From Spirochaetia bacterium (GTDB lineage: Bacteria; Spirochaetota; Spirochaetia; WTKD01; G963693115): DNA of 64,000 nucleotides. Location of the stretch: positions 320,001 through 384,000 of the forward strand of contig CBDDCA010000006.1 of the NCBI GenBank assembly GCA_965226055.1, given 5' to 3'. The notes below the pieces were generated by a model. That model did no database searches, was not told the DNA's origin, and saw nothing but the letters and a program-made list of their open reading frames with translations. This document shows positions 30,200 through 39,338 of the stretch, piece by piece; the stretch's first letter is position 1, and each line of letters starts with the position of its first letter. Position numbers and translations under genes: made by a program.

Positions 30200-31699
30200 A
30201 TGAAAGAACATGAAAGTACAGCCAATAAACTGAGACCACAAAAATTTAATGATTTAGTGGGACAAGAGTTCATAGTAAGCTCACTCTTGGGTTCTATAAA
30301 ATCAGATTCTATTGCAGGTAATGCATTTATTCTCAGCGGACCTAGAGGGGTAGGAAAAACATCTGCTGCTCGTCTTATAGCACTCGCGGTGAATCGCCCT
30401 GAAGGACAAGATATAAACAGCCTTGACTACAAAGGGAGCGATGAAATTCGTAAAGGCAATAGCCTTGATGTTATTGAAATAGATGGTGCATCGTATACAA
30501 GTGTCGAAAATGTTCGTAAAATACGTGAAGAGGTTATGTATGCTCCGTCACAATTTAGATACAAGGTATACATCATAGACGAAGTGCATATGTTATCAAA
30601 CAGTGCATTTAACGCATTATTAAAAACTATTGAAGAGCCTCCAGAATATGTTATATTTGTGTTTGCCACTACGGAGATAGACAAAGTTCCTCTCACTATA
30701 CGCTCTCGTTGTCAACGGTTTGCGTTTCATCTCATTCCTAACACTATTATCATGGATAAGTTACAGGAACTATGCAATGCTATCAATACAACGATTGAAT
30801 CTGCAGCATTGGAATGGATGGCAAAAGAAGCTCGCGGATCATTGCGTGATGCATATACCTTATTTGATCAAATACATGCTTTTTGTGGAAACAATATCAC
30901 CAAAGAAGCCATTGATACTAATCTAGGACTTACAGGAATACAATCGCTTAATGTTCTGTTTCAGCTATGTGTTAACGGCAAATACCGTGAAACCCAAGAG
31001 CATATTTTCGATTTACTTACACGTGGATGTACGACAGAAAAGATTTTGTTTGAGGCATGCGAGTATATACGCAATGTACTGCTTATTAAACATAGCATTG
31101 AACCTAAACTCCTTATTGGTTTTGATAAAGAACAGTTTGATGCAACAATATATGAGACTCTTAGTACCGAGCAGCTAGAACATGCACTGCAGTTGCTCCT
31201 TGATTGTTATCGGAGTTTACGATATTCTGTGGATCCTCAGTTTGAAGTTGAACTGGTGTTTCATCAGTTATGTAATATTAAAAATTATACAAATAACAAT
31301 ATGTTGGTACAGCAATTAAAAGAGTTATATACAAAATTACAGTTTCAAACACATGGCAATACACCTGATCATGATGTATCACATGAAACACCACCAGCTC
31401 CTACTGTCGATACTACTATTGATCCTGATATTAATCCCGATATTAATCCTATAGTTGAACAACAACACACTTCTGCAAGCAGACACGATACTAGCACTCA
31501 TACATCGCACACACATACTCCTGATACAGATCAACAGTCACAGCCTCATATAGCAACAGCACAAAAAAAATCAGAAGAAACACAGGCTTCCTCTCCTATC
31601 ACAAAAAAAAGTTCTTCAGTAGAAAGAGTATTAGAAATATTCGAAGGTTCAGAAGTTATTGAAGAAAATAATAAAAATACGGACAGAAACAATGAATAG
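30200..31699 (+). CDS. dnaX: DNA polymerase III subunit gamma/tau
   Basis: RPQKFNDLVGQ, GPRGVGKT, IIDEVHML, ALLKTIEEPP, TIRSRCQ, GSLRDA. Confidence 0.95.
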   Translation: MKEHESTANKLRPQKFNDLVGQEFIVSSLLGSIKSDSIAGNAFILSGPRGVGKTSAARLIALAVNRPEGQDINSLDYKGSDEIRKGNSLDVIEIDGASYTSVENVRKIREEVMYAPSQFRYKVYIIDEVHMLSNSAFNALLKTIEEPPEYVIFVFATTEIDKVPLTIRSRCQRFAFHLIPNTIIMDKLQELCNAINTTIESAALEWMAKEARGSLRDAYTLFDQIHAFCGNNITKEAIDTNLGLTGIQSLNVLFQLCVNGKYRETQEHIFDLLTRGCTTEKILFEACEYIRNVLLIKHSIEPKLLIGFDKEQFDATIYETLSTEQLEHALQLLLDCYRSLRYSVDPQFEVELVFHQLCNIKNYTNNNMLVQQLKELYTKLQFQTHGNTPDHDVSHETPPAPTVDTTIDPDINPDINPIVEQQHTSASRHDTSTHTSHTHTPDTDQQSQPHIATAQKKSEETQASSPITKKSSSVERVLEIFEGSEVIEENNKNTDRNNE

Positions 31700-32282
31700 A
31701 ATACAACAGCTAAGTGAATTATTTGCTAAATTTCCTGGCATTGGAAAAAAAACAGCATTACGGTATGTGTACTTTTTGTTAAAACAACCATCGAAATTAA
31801 GCAAAAATCTTTCTACATTTCTTGAAAATTTGCATGAAGTAGTACATCCTTGCAAAGCCTGTGGGTATCTCTGTGAAACAGAGCTATGTGATATATGCAG
31901 TAACCCAAAAAGAAATAACAAACAACTATGTGTTGTTGCTCATTTACAAGATGTTTCTGCATTAGAAGATTGCCACAGTTTTTTTGGAGTATATCATATA
32001 TTAGGCGGACTTATCTCTCCTTTAGAAGGCTTAGGTCCTGAACAACTGACTATTGATACACTCAATACACGCATAAAAACAGAAGCGTATCAAGAGATAA
32101 TTCTTGCAACTCCACCTACTTTAGAAGGCGAAGTTACTGCACGGTATATTATGGATATGCATAACGATAAGCAATCTCTCTTTACGCGCATTGCACAAGG
32201 CATGCCTAAAGGAGGTGATTTTGAGTTTACTGATAAATCAACTTTGTCGTATGCATTAGAAGCAAGAAAACAGTTTGAGTAG
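31692..32282 (+). CDS. recR: Recombination protein RecR
   Basis: PGIGKKTA HhH, C4 zinc finger, YHILGGLISP, EGEVTA. The ATG at 31692 overlaps the dnaX end. Confidence 0.93.
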   Translation: MNRIQQLSELFAKFPGIGKKTALRYVYFLLKQPSKLSKNLSTFLENLHEVVHPCKACGYLCETELCDICSNPKRNNKQLCVVAHLQDVSALEDCHSFFGVYHILGGLISPLEGLGPEQLTIDTLNTRIKTEAYQEIILATPPTLEGEVTARYIMDMHNDKQSLFTRIAQGMPKGGDFEFTDKSTLSYALEARKQFE

Positions 32283-32285
32283 ATG

Positions 32286-33143
32286 CTACATATTATTGTT
32301 TCTATACTGTACATCATGATTGTCAAATAACATATCTGTTTGCTGTGTTTTTTTCTGTTGAATAAAAGGCAATCTATATTCTTCTTTTATTGTTCCATTA
32401 TTGTGAAGTCTGTCAAGTATCATATTATAATACTCACTATGAATCTCACAGCTTATAAAATTTCTCTGAATGTCTTTACATAATACTAACTCACTCCCAC
32501 TTCCACCAAACAAAATAAAGCAAGTATCATTTTCTTTTGTACAAGACTTTATTAGCATTTCAACAAGAGGCAAAGGAATTTGACACGCATGTAATGTTTT
32601 ATCCTTACTGACATTTTTCACTAAATCAAAGTAAAACCAACTATATGGCATTCTTCCTTTATGTCCATTTCTTATTCTTTCTTTAATTCTTTTATCATCA
32701 GGATTTTGATATGGTACTGAAATATGATCTTTATAGAAATTATTATGTTTTGATTTTGTTGCATGGAGTATACTTCTATGCGCAGTGGTCAATCTTTGTT
32801 TACTATGCCCTACATTAGTATTATATATCCATACATAGTCTTGTATATTATATGCATTATCATCTAAATACTTCACACGTAAATGAGCATTCTGTTTTGG
32901 ATAATTCATCATGAAAAGATTACCTGTATGTTTTAACACCCGCATACACTCTGTAGTAAGAGCAATATACCAATCAATATATTCATTCCATTTTTTTGTA
33001 TATTGTTTCCCTGAATAATTTATACCCACATTATAATCAGGATCACCATATATCATATCTAAAGAATTATCAGGTAATTCCTTAAGAACCTCAAAGACAT
33101 CCTTATTAAAAACTTTGTTTTTATATGCTTCTATACTTCCCAT
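32286..33143 (-). CDS. Site-specific N4-C/N6-A DNA methyltransferase (beta-class motif order)
   Basis: DMIYGDPDYN (motif IV variant), HACQIP..LVEMLI, LFGGSGS (motif I), RNFISCEI. Confidence 0.88.
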   Translation of the reverse strand: MGSIEAYKNKVFNKDVFEVLKELPDNSLDMIYGDPDYNVGINYSGKQYTKKWNEYIDWYIALTTECMRVLKHTGNLFMMNYPKQNAHLRVKYLDDNAYNIQDYVWIYNTNVGHSKQRLTTAHRSILHATKSKHNNFYKDHISVPYQNPDDKRIKERIRNGHKGRMPYSWFYFDLVKNVSKDKTLHACQIPLPLVEMLIKSCTKENDTCFILFGGSGSELVLCKDIQRNFISCEIHSEYYNMILDRLHNNGTIKEEYRLPFIQQKKTQQTDMLFDNHDVQYRNNNM

Positions 33144-33146
33144 ACT

Positions 33147-33935
33147 CTACTTATATGATAGTCTATATTCAGCAGATTTTACAAGAGTTATAGAATCTAA
33201 CTTATATACATCAGTAAATGTATATACATACATTCTAATAATAGAATGCATAGAATCTTTATCCTTCTCTCTTACGAGATAACAAGCATTTATTCCTCTC
33301 ATATCTATATTATTCTCTTTTGCTAACAAATGATAATATAAACAAGGAAGAAAGAGTTGGTATATAGCAAAATCTGTACGAAATCCATTTTTACATTCAA
33401 ATACAGTTACTTGTTTCCTATACTCTGTGGTCATATCAACTTCAATTTGTAATGTGCTAATGTTTATTCTCTCGTCTCCAATAGTATATATACAAGAAGG
33501 TATTTTTGTTCTTTTTGCAAGATATATATTAGGAACTATAGAACTATCATTGTAGAGAAAATGTGATATTATTTTTTGATTCATTCCTACTGATAAAATA
33601 TTACTTTCACTGGTATCGTATTCATTTAATAAACTTCTCTCATATTGCCATAGCTGTATACATTCATTTGGTATAGTTTCAAACATATGATACCATTTTC
33701 TTATTCCTTTTACAAACTTATGTTTACCAGCACCTAAATGAAGCACAAAATAATCCTCTTGTAGTATTTCTTCTGGCAACTTATCAGAACTATCTATTTT
33801 TGTAACATCAAAAGGATTTCCAAAAGAATGGAATTGAGCATATTGTTTTACAAGATCATTATCAAAAACAAAATTATTATCCTTTTTACACTGCCGAAAC
33901 AAAGACAATAATACTTGTTGCTTTTTATTTGCCAT
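33147..33935 (-). CDS. Putative PD-(D/E)XK restriction endonuclease
   Basis: QIEVD...VFECKN...YQLFLP; 3 nt upstream of the MTase. Confidence 0.7.
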   Translation of the reverse strand: MANKKQQVLLSLFRQCKKDNNFVFDNDLVKQYAQFHSFGNPFDVTKIDSSDKLPEEILQEDYFVLHLGAGKHKFVKGIRKWYHMFETIPNECIQLWQYERSLLNEYDTSESNILSVGMNQKIISHFLYNDSSIVPNIYLAKRTKIPSCIYTIGDERINISTLQIEVDMTTEYRKQVTVFECKNGFRTDFAIYQLFLPCLYYHLLAKENNIDMRGINACYLVREKDKDSMHSIIRMYVYTFTDVYKLDSITLVKSAEYRLSYK

Positions 33936-33949
33936 TACAATGTGCTAAT

Positions 33950-35263
33950 CTATAAAGATTCTGTTTCAGCAATAAACTTATCAAGGTTAAATGCACTTGG
34001 TCGTTCAATGGGTATCTCCAGTATTCTGTCAATGATGTGTTGTGACATAAGTCCTACAATACGTCCCGTACCAAAAAGTACCGTATAAAAATCAAACTCC
34101 TTTATACCTGTTGCATACAAAGCTGCTCCTGTAATGGCATCTATATTGGGGTTAGGATTGTTAATTTTTCCTTTTTTCTTCAATACATCGGGAGCGACAG
34201 AATATATCATCTGTACTATATCCAAATACTCAGAGTGTATGGTGTTATTTTGTAAAAAGTTTTGTATAAGCGTAAATCGTGGATCTTCTACACGCAATGC
34301 TGCATGTCCATACCCCGGTATTTTTTTTCCTTGATCAACATAGTCCTGTATATACTGTTGTACAAACTGTGCATCAAGCGTTTTTCCTGATGTTTCTGCA
34401 TTCTTTTTAAGAGTTTGTATCCACTTAAATGTTTCTTCATTTGCATGCCCGTGTAATGGACCAGCAAGTGCTACCATACTGGCAACACAGGTATAAAATG
34501 CATTCACAAGCGTAGAGCCTACAAGGTGACATGTATGTGCCGAAGCATTTGCAGGGCCGTGATCTGCATGAGTAAAAATAAAGAGACGTATAAAATCTTG
34601 CATGCTAGGGTTGCTTATTCCCATCATATTTGCTAAGTTGCCTGCCCAATCAAGATAGTAATTTGGGGATATACTATCGACTTCTTTACAGTAGCGAGTG
34701 TATATATACGAAGCAATCTGATTAAGTCCCGCAATAAGAGTCATTGCATCACTATACGAATAATCCCAATAGGTTTCCTTTGGTATCCCCATATCGTATT
34801 TTTCCATAAATGTGGATGTTGTTGTCCAACAGAGTAAGGCTACACAAAAACGCGTCATAGCACTACTTTTTTTAGGAAGGTTATCAATAACACTAAAAAT
34901 ATGATGCGGAATATGTGTTCGCATAAGCAGATGTAACCGTAAATCTTCAGCTTGTTTCTCTGTAGGGCATTCTCCAGTAAGTAAAAACCATAGTAATGAT
35001 TCTGTGCTGGGCACTGCAGAGTCTTGAAATGTAGGGAGTAGCTCAACCACTTCCGCTAAGGGTTTGCCACGATAATATACTCCTTTATCTGCAAAGACAA
35101 TAGATGTGGGAGTATAGAGTAATGGAAGTCCTCGCATTCCATAATATACATCATGGGGAGTGATTGTTCCTGTCGAGAGCTTTCCTTTTTGCTTTATGAT
35201 ATCTACAATTTTTTTTCGTAATACTATATTCTTTTCGTAGGTAAGTGTCTTTAGTTCTTTCAT
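33950..35263 (-). CDS. gltA: Citrate synthase (eukaryote-like type)
   Basis: YYGMRG, ADH..NASAHT.HLVGS, LAGPLHGHANE, PGYGHAALR..DPR, PNIDA. Confidence 0.92.
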   Translation of the reverse strand: MKELKTLTYEKNIVLRKKIVDIIKQKGKLSTGTITPHDVYYGMRGLPLLYTPTSIVFADKGVYYRGKPLAEVVELLPTFQDSAVPSTESLLWFLLTGECPTEKQAEDLRLHLLMRTHIPHHIFSVIDNLPKKSSAMTRFCVALLCWTTTSTFMEKYDMGIPKETYWDYSYSDAMTLIAGLNQIASYIYTRYCKEVDSISPNYYLDWAGNLANMMGISNPSMQDFIRLFIFTHADHGPANASAHTCHLVGSTLVNAFYTCVASMVALAGPLHGHANEETFKWIQTLKKNAETSGKTLDAQFVQQYIQDYVDQGKKIPGYGHAALRVEDPRFTLIQNFLQNNTIHSEYLDIVQMIYSVAPDVLKKKGKINNPNPNIDAITGAALYATGIKEFDFYTVLFGTGRIVGLMSQHIIDRILEIPIERPSAFNLDKFIAETESL

Positions 35264-36339
35264 AATTTATTTATAATCTCCTGTGTAAAAATATCGGTAG
35301 ATACTGCCTTTGAGGATTCTTCGGAAGGCAATAGATCTACAGTGAGTGCTTTTCTTTCTTGTAATACAGAAAACAATGCTTGTTCTAGCGTATCGGCTGC
35401 TTTTTGTTCTTGAATATCACGCAGTAACATAATACCACACAAAATCAATGCAGTAGGATTTAGCATATTTCTGCCTGCAAACTCTGGAGCTGCTCCATGC
35501 GTAGCTTCGTATACAGTAGCTTGCTGTCCAATGTTTGAGCCAGGAGCAACCCCTAGCCCTCCCATCAGTCCTGCACAAAGATCGGATACAATATCACCAT
35601 ATAAATTAGGGAGCAGTAACATATCGAAACTTTCGGGAACTTGCACCAATTTCATACACAAAGCATCTATGAGTACATGGTCGCATTCTATGTCGTATTT
35701 ACTAGCTTCATCTTTTGCTACTTCCAAAAAGAGTCCATCACTATATTTCATAATATTAGACTTTGTTACTATAGTGAGCTTATTTCTGTTATTACGTGCT
35801 GCATATTCACAACTAAACTTACAAATACGTCTCGTGGCTACTTCACTTATTGCTTTTATTGAAATACCTGCCTCTAAGGGTATTTGCTTTGTATTGAGTG
35901 CATTACATTGACGAATAAGCTGCTGTGTGGCTTCTTTGTGCGCTTCAAACTCTACTCCTGCATACAAATCTTCTGTATTTTCACGTACAATAACTATATC
36001 AATATTTTTTGTATCTCCAAACGGTGAAGGAATACCAGGCAATGTTTTACATGGACGTACACAAGCAAATAAATCAAGTGTCTGTCGCAGTGCAACATTT
36101 ACGCTACGAAACCCTTTTCCTATAGGAGTAATAATTGGCCCCTTGAGTGCCAATTTTGTTTTCTTTATTTCCTCTAATACATGTTCAGGTAAAAGAGATT
36201 GTTCTTTCTCAGCAACAGAGGCCCCTGCTTGCTTTTCTATCCAATGTATGGACGCTCCACTTGCATCAATACATTTTCGCGTAGCTTCTACTAATTCGGG
36301 ACCTACGCCATCCCCTGGAATCAATACTACATTTTTCAT
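35260..36339 (-). CDS. icd: Isocitrate dehydrogenase (IDH/IPMDH family, IDH3-like)
   Basis: IPGDGVGPE, KGPIITP, SVNVALRQ, RENTEDLY, KSNIMK, NLYGDIVSDL; ATGA-coupled to citrate synthase. Confidence 0.88.
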   Translation of the reverse strand: MKNVVLIPGDGVGPELVEATRKCIDASGASIHWIEKQAGASVAEKEQSLLPEHVLEEIKKTKLALKGPIITPIGKGFRSVNVALRQTLDLFACVRPCKTLPGIPSPFGDTKNIDIVIVRENTEDLYAGVEFEAHKEATQQLIRQCNALNTKQIPLEAGISIKAISEVATRRICKFSCEYAARNNRNKLTIVTKSNIMKYSDGLFLEVAKDEASKYDIECDHVLIDALCMKLVQVPESFDMLLLPNLYGDIVSDLCAGLMGGLGVAPGSNIGQQATVYEATHGAAPEFAGRNMLNPTALILCGIMLLRDIQEQKAADTLEQALFSVLQERKALTVDLLPSEESSKAVSTDIFTQEIINKL

Positions 36340-36398
36340 ATTCTTATTATACTGTTTTTTAACTTATCATGTTAGAAAAGATGTATTTTATCTTTCTT

Positions 36399-39200
36399 CT
36401 ATTTATGGTATATGTCAGTATATTCATGAAATTGTTCTCTTACTGCATCTATTTTTTCATTTCGTTCTATAAGTTTGTATTTTTTGATAAACATAGCTTC
36501 TATTTCGTCTCCTAACGGTTCTTTGTTATCATACAGATAATTGTCAATCATTTGCCAAAAAGCATCTTGTTCTAGCTGATATTCTTCACATATCCGTTTG
36601 AGTGCTTTCTTTCGCTCCCCTTCAACAAAGGACTCGTATGCTTCTTCTATGTTGATATCATGTGCTTGTGATGAAACACGCTCTATAAAATTTTCAATAA
36701 GCTGTTTTTTACTTCGTAACTGTGGGTTTGCATCAATGGTGGCATATATTTTTTCTTTGAGTGATTGTTGTTTATCCTTTGGTGCATTGAATAAATCAGT
36801 CAGCAAACGTAGGATGTAGTCTACAGTAATATCATCTTTTTGGATAAGCTGTAGCTCAAAATCTATGTCATCGATAATTGATTCTTTGCTTCTGTTGTTT
36901 TTTGTTTTATCATGTATATCAAGATACTTAGAGGTATAATTTTCAAACTCCTGCTCAGAGAGGGGTATATTATCATCATCCCATGTAAAATCACTAAAGC
37001 CCTTGAGAGTATTTATGACACGCATGAGATCTCTAAATGCTTTAATAAAGGCAAGCGTCTCCTCTTCGCCTTTGAGGGCATCCACATCTTCTACATGTGG
37101 AGCAATAGCAATAAGTGCATCGTAGGCTTGCTTACATTGTTCCACATAATCCTGATATGGCTGTAAAAGAATGGTATCTTTTGCATCTTTGTTTGAAAAT
37201 AAGGCTATAGCCTCATCTGTTTTTTGTTTTAGATTGCGGAAACATACGATATTGCCATGACTTTTTTGCTCGTTATATATACGGTTGGTGCGTGAAAATG
37301 CCTGTATGAGTCCATGATACTGCAGGGATTTATCAACATATAATGTATTCAGGAACTTGCTATCAAAGCCTGTCAAAAACATGTTTACTACTATCAGTAT
37401 ATCTATTTCTTTTTTTCGTACACGTTTTGAAATATTATTGTAGTAATCATAAAAACTGTCAGTACTGTGTGCTGTGTACTGCGTAGTAAACATTTTATTA
37501 TAGTCCTGTATACATGTTTCAAGTGCATCTCTTGCGTAGCTGTTGATAGCTCCTTGATTATCATCACGTACAGAAGCTATATCGGGGATAGTATGTGCAT
37601 TCATTTCTTCTTCATTTTGAGAATAGCTGAACACTGTTGCAATTTTGAGATCATGCTCTTTTTTCTTAAAGAGAGCATAGTAACGAATAAGCACTTCAAT
37701 AGAAGGAACACAGAGTATGGCAGTGTATTGCTTTTTATGTGTTTTTTGTGAATGATGCGTAAGAATATAATCTACTATTTTTTCTATTCGTTTGTCACTC
37801 CCTAAAAATTCCTTTGTATCTATGTCTTCTACTGATATGTCTATGGTATTCTTGCTCTGCTCATTTTCTTTATAGCGTCCTACATATTCCACAGAAAAGC
37901 GTAGCACATTACCATCACGGATAGCATCAACAATGGTATAGCGGTGCAGACTTTTGCCAAATACAGAAGCAGTGGTTTTATCATTTTTTTGTGCGTTTTC
38001 TTCAAATATAGGAGTGCCTGTAAATCCTATAAGCTGATGCTGTGGAAAGAAAGAGGTGATATTTTTATGCGTTACTCCAAACTGGCTTCTATGACATTCA
38101 TCAAAAATACATACTATTTTTTTATTTTTTATGTTTTGTAGCTTTGTTTGGTGTTTCTCTACTGCTATATTGAGTTTTTGAATGGTGGTAATAATGAGTT
38201 TTTTATTGTTATCTTGTAATTGTTGTATGAGATGTTTTGTGTGTTCTGTAGCATCTACACTGCCCTCACTAAAGCTATTAAATTCTTTGCTAGTCTGATA
38301 GTCAAGATCTTTTCTGTCCACTACAAACAGTATTTTATCGATTGTTGCATCTTGCGTGAGAATCTGAGATGCCTTAAACGAGGTGAGTGTTTTTCCACTG
38401 CCAGTAGTATGCCAAATGTAGCCATTGTTGGTGGTGTTCTGCACCGTATTGACAATTTCTTCTACTGCATAAAACTGATAAGGACGCAATACTAACATCT
38501 TTTCTTCAGCTTCTGACAAGACTATGTAGCGACATATCATTTTTGATATATGGCATTTTTCTAAAAAAATTGAGGTAAAATCCTCTAATCGTGATACTAT
38601 GGTATTATCTTTTTCTGCCCAAAAAAATGTTTGCTTAACATTCAAGTCTCTATTGTTTGCATAGTACTTTGTGTTCACTCCATTGCTAATAATAAATATC
38701 TGTATGTATTGAAATAAAGCGGTGTTGCTTCCATACGAATGTTTTTGATACCGAGATACTTGTTGAAAGGCTTCTTTTATTTCTAAGCCTCTGCGTTTTA
38801 ATTCTACTTGAACAAGAGGGAAGCCATTTATCAACAGTGTTACATCATATCGATTATGATATTGTCCTTGTACTGATATTTGCCGACTTACTTGAAAGAG
38901 GTTTTTGCACCAATGCTCGCTGTTTAAGAATCGTATATGTACAGTAGTCCCATCATCTCTATGTATAAGGCATCTGTCACGGAGTATTTTTGCTTTTTCA
39001 AAAATGTTCCCTTTGTGTAAGTGATGGAGTACCTGTGTAAACTCTGCCTTACTGAGACTTATGTCATTAAGTGCTTCTAGTTGTCGTTTTAGGTTTGCCT
39101 TCAGTTCGGCTTCGTTGCTAATAGGTACATACTCATAGCCCATGCTTTGTAGCTGTGATACAAGGCGTGCTTCTAACTCGTGTTCTGATTGAGTGGACAT
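36399..39200 (-). CDS. hsdR: Type I restriction enzyme R subunit (EcoR124-like)
   Basis: RYDVTLLING.PLVQVELK nuclease motif, HTTGSGKT, DECHRSQFG, GFTGTP, MFLTGFD, QAFSRTNR. Confidence 0.96.
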   Translation of the reverse strand: MSTQSEHELEARLVSQLQSMGYEYVPISNEAELKANLKRQLEALNDISLSKAEFTQVLHHLHKGNIFEKAKILRDRCLIHRDDGTTVHIRFLNSEHWCKNLFQVSRQISVQGQYHNRYDVTLLINGFPLVQVELKRRGLEIKEAFQQVSRYQKHSYGSNTALFQYIQIFIISNGVNTKYYANNRDLNVKQTFFWAEKDNTIVSRLEDFTSIFLEKCHISKMICRYIVLSEAEEKMLVLRPYQFYAVEEIVNTVQNTTNNGYIWHTTGSGKTLTSFKASQILTQDATIDKILFVVDRKDLDYQTSKEFNSFSEGSVDATEHTKHLIQQLQDNNKKLIITTIQKLNIAVEKHQTKLQNIKNKKIVCIFDECHRSQFGVTHKNITSFFPQHQLIGFTGTPIFEENAQKNDKTTASVFGKSLHRYTIVDAIRDGNVLRFSVEYVGRYKENEQSKNTIDISVEDIDTKEFLGSDKRIEKIVDYILTHHSQKTHKKQYTAILCVPSIEVLIRYYALFKKKEHDLKIATVFSYSQNEEEMNAHTIPDIASVRDDNQGAINSYARDALETCIQDYNKMFTTQYTAHSTDSFYDYYNNISKRVRKKEIDILIVVNMFLTGFDSKFLNTLYVDKSLQYHGLIQAFSRTNRIYNEQKSHGNIVCFRNLKQKTDEAIALFSNKDAKDTILLQPYQDYVEQCKQAYDALIAIAPHVEDVDALKGEEETLAFIKAFRDLMRVINTLKGFSDFTWDDDNIPLSEQEFENYTSKYLDIHDKTKNNRSKESIIDDIDFELQLIQKDDITVDYILRLLTDLFNAPKDKQQSLKEKIYATIDANPQLRSKKQLIENFIERVSSQAHDINIEEAYESFVEGERKKALKRICEEYQLEQDAFWQMIDNYLYDNKEPLGDEIEAMFIKKYKLIERNEKIDAVREQFHEYTDIYHK

Positions 39201-39338
39201 AGCTTTATTATAGTATACTTACTTTTCTTGCTCCTTTGTCGCATTTAGTCCTTGAATCCGCAGAAATGGCATATAATAACGCCCGTTTAATAGTGAAACC
39301 ACAAAGTGATTGGTTAAAACTTACATAAGAAGCTATTT

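Noticed and set aside
31421-31450. 12-bp tandem repeat (PDIN) in dnaX
   Set aside because: Short in-frame linker expansion with no sign of function.
31561-31611. A8 runs in dnaX as a programmed gamma/tau frameshift site
   Set aside because: They lie within about 45 codons of the C-terminus, A8 runs are common in this genome, and I saw no stimulatory hairpin.
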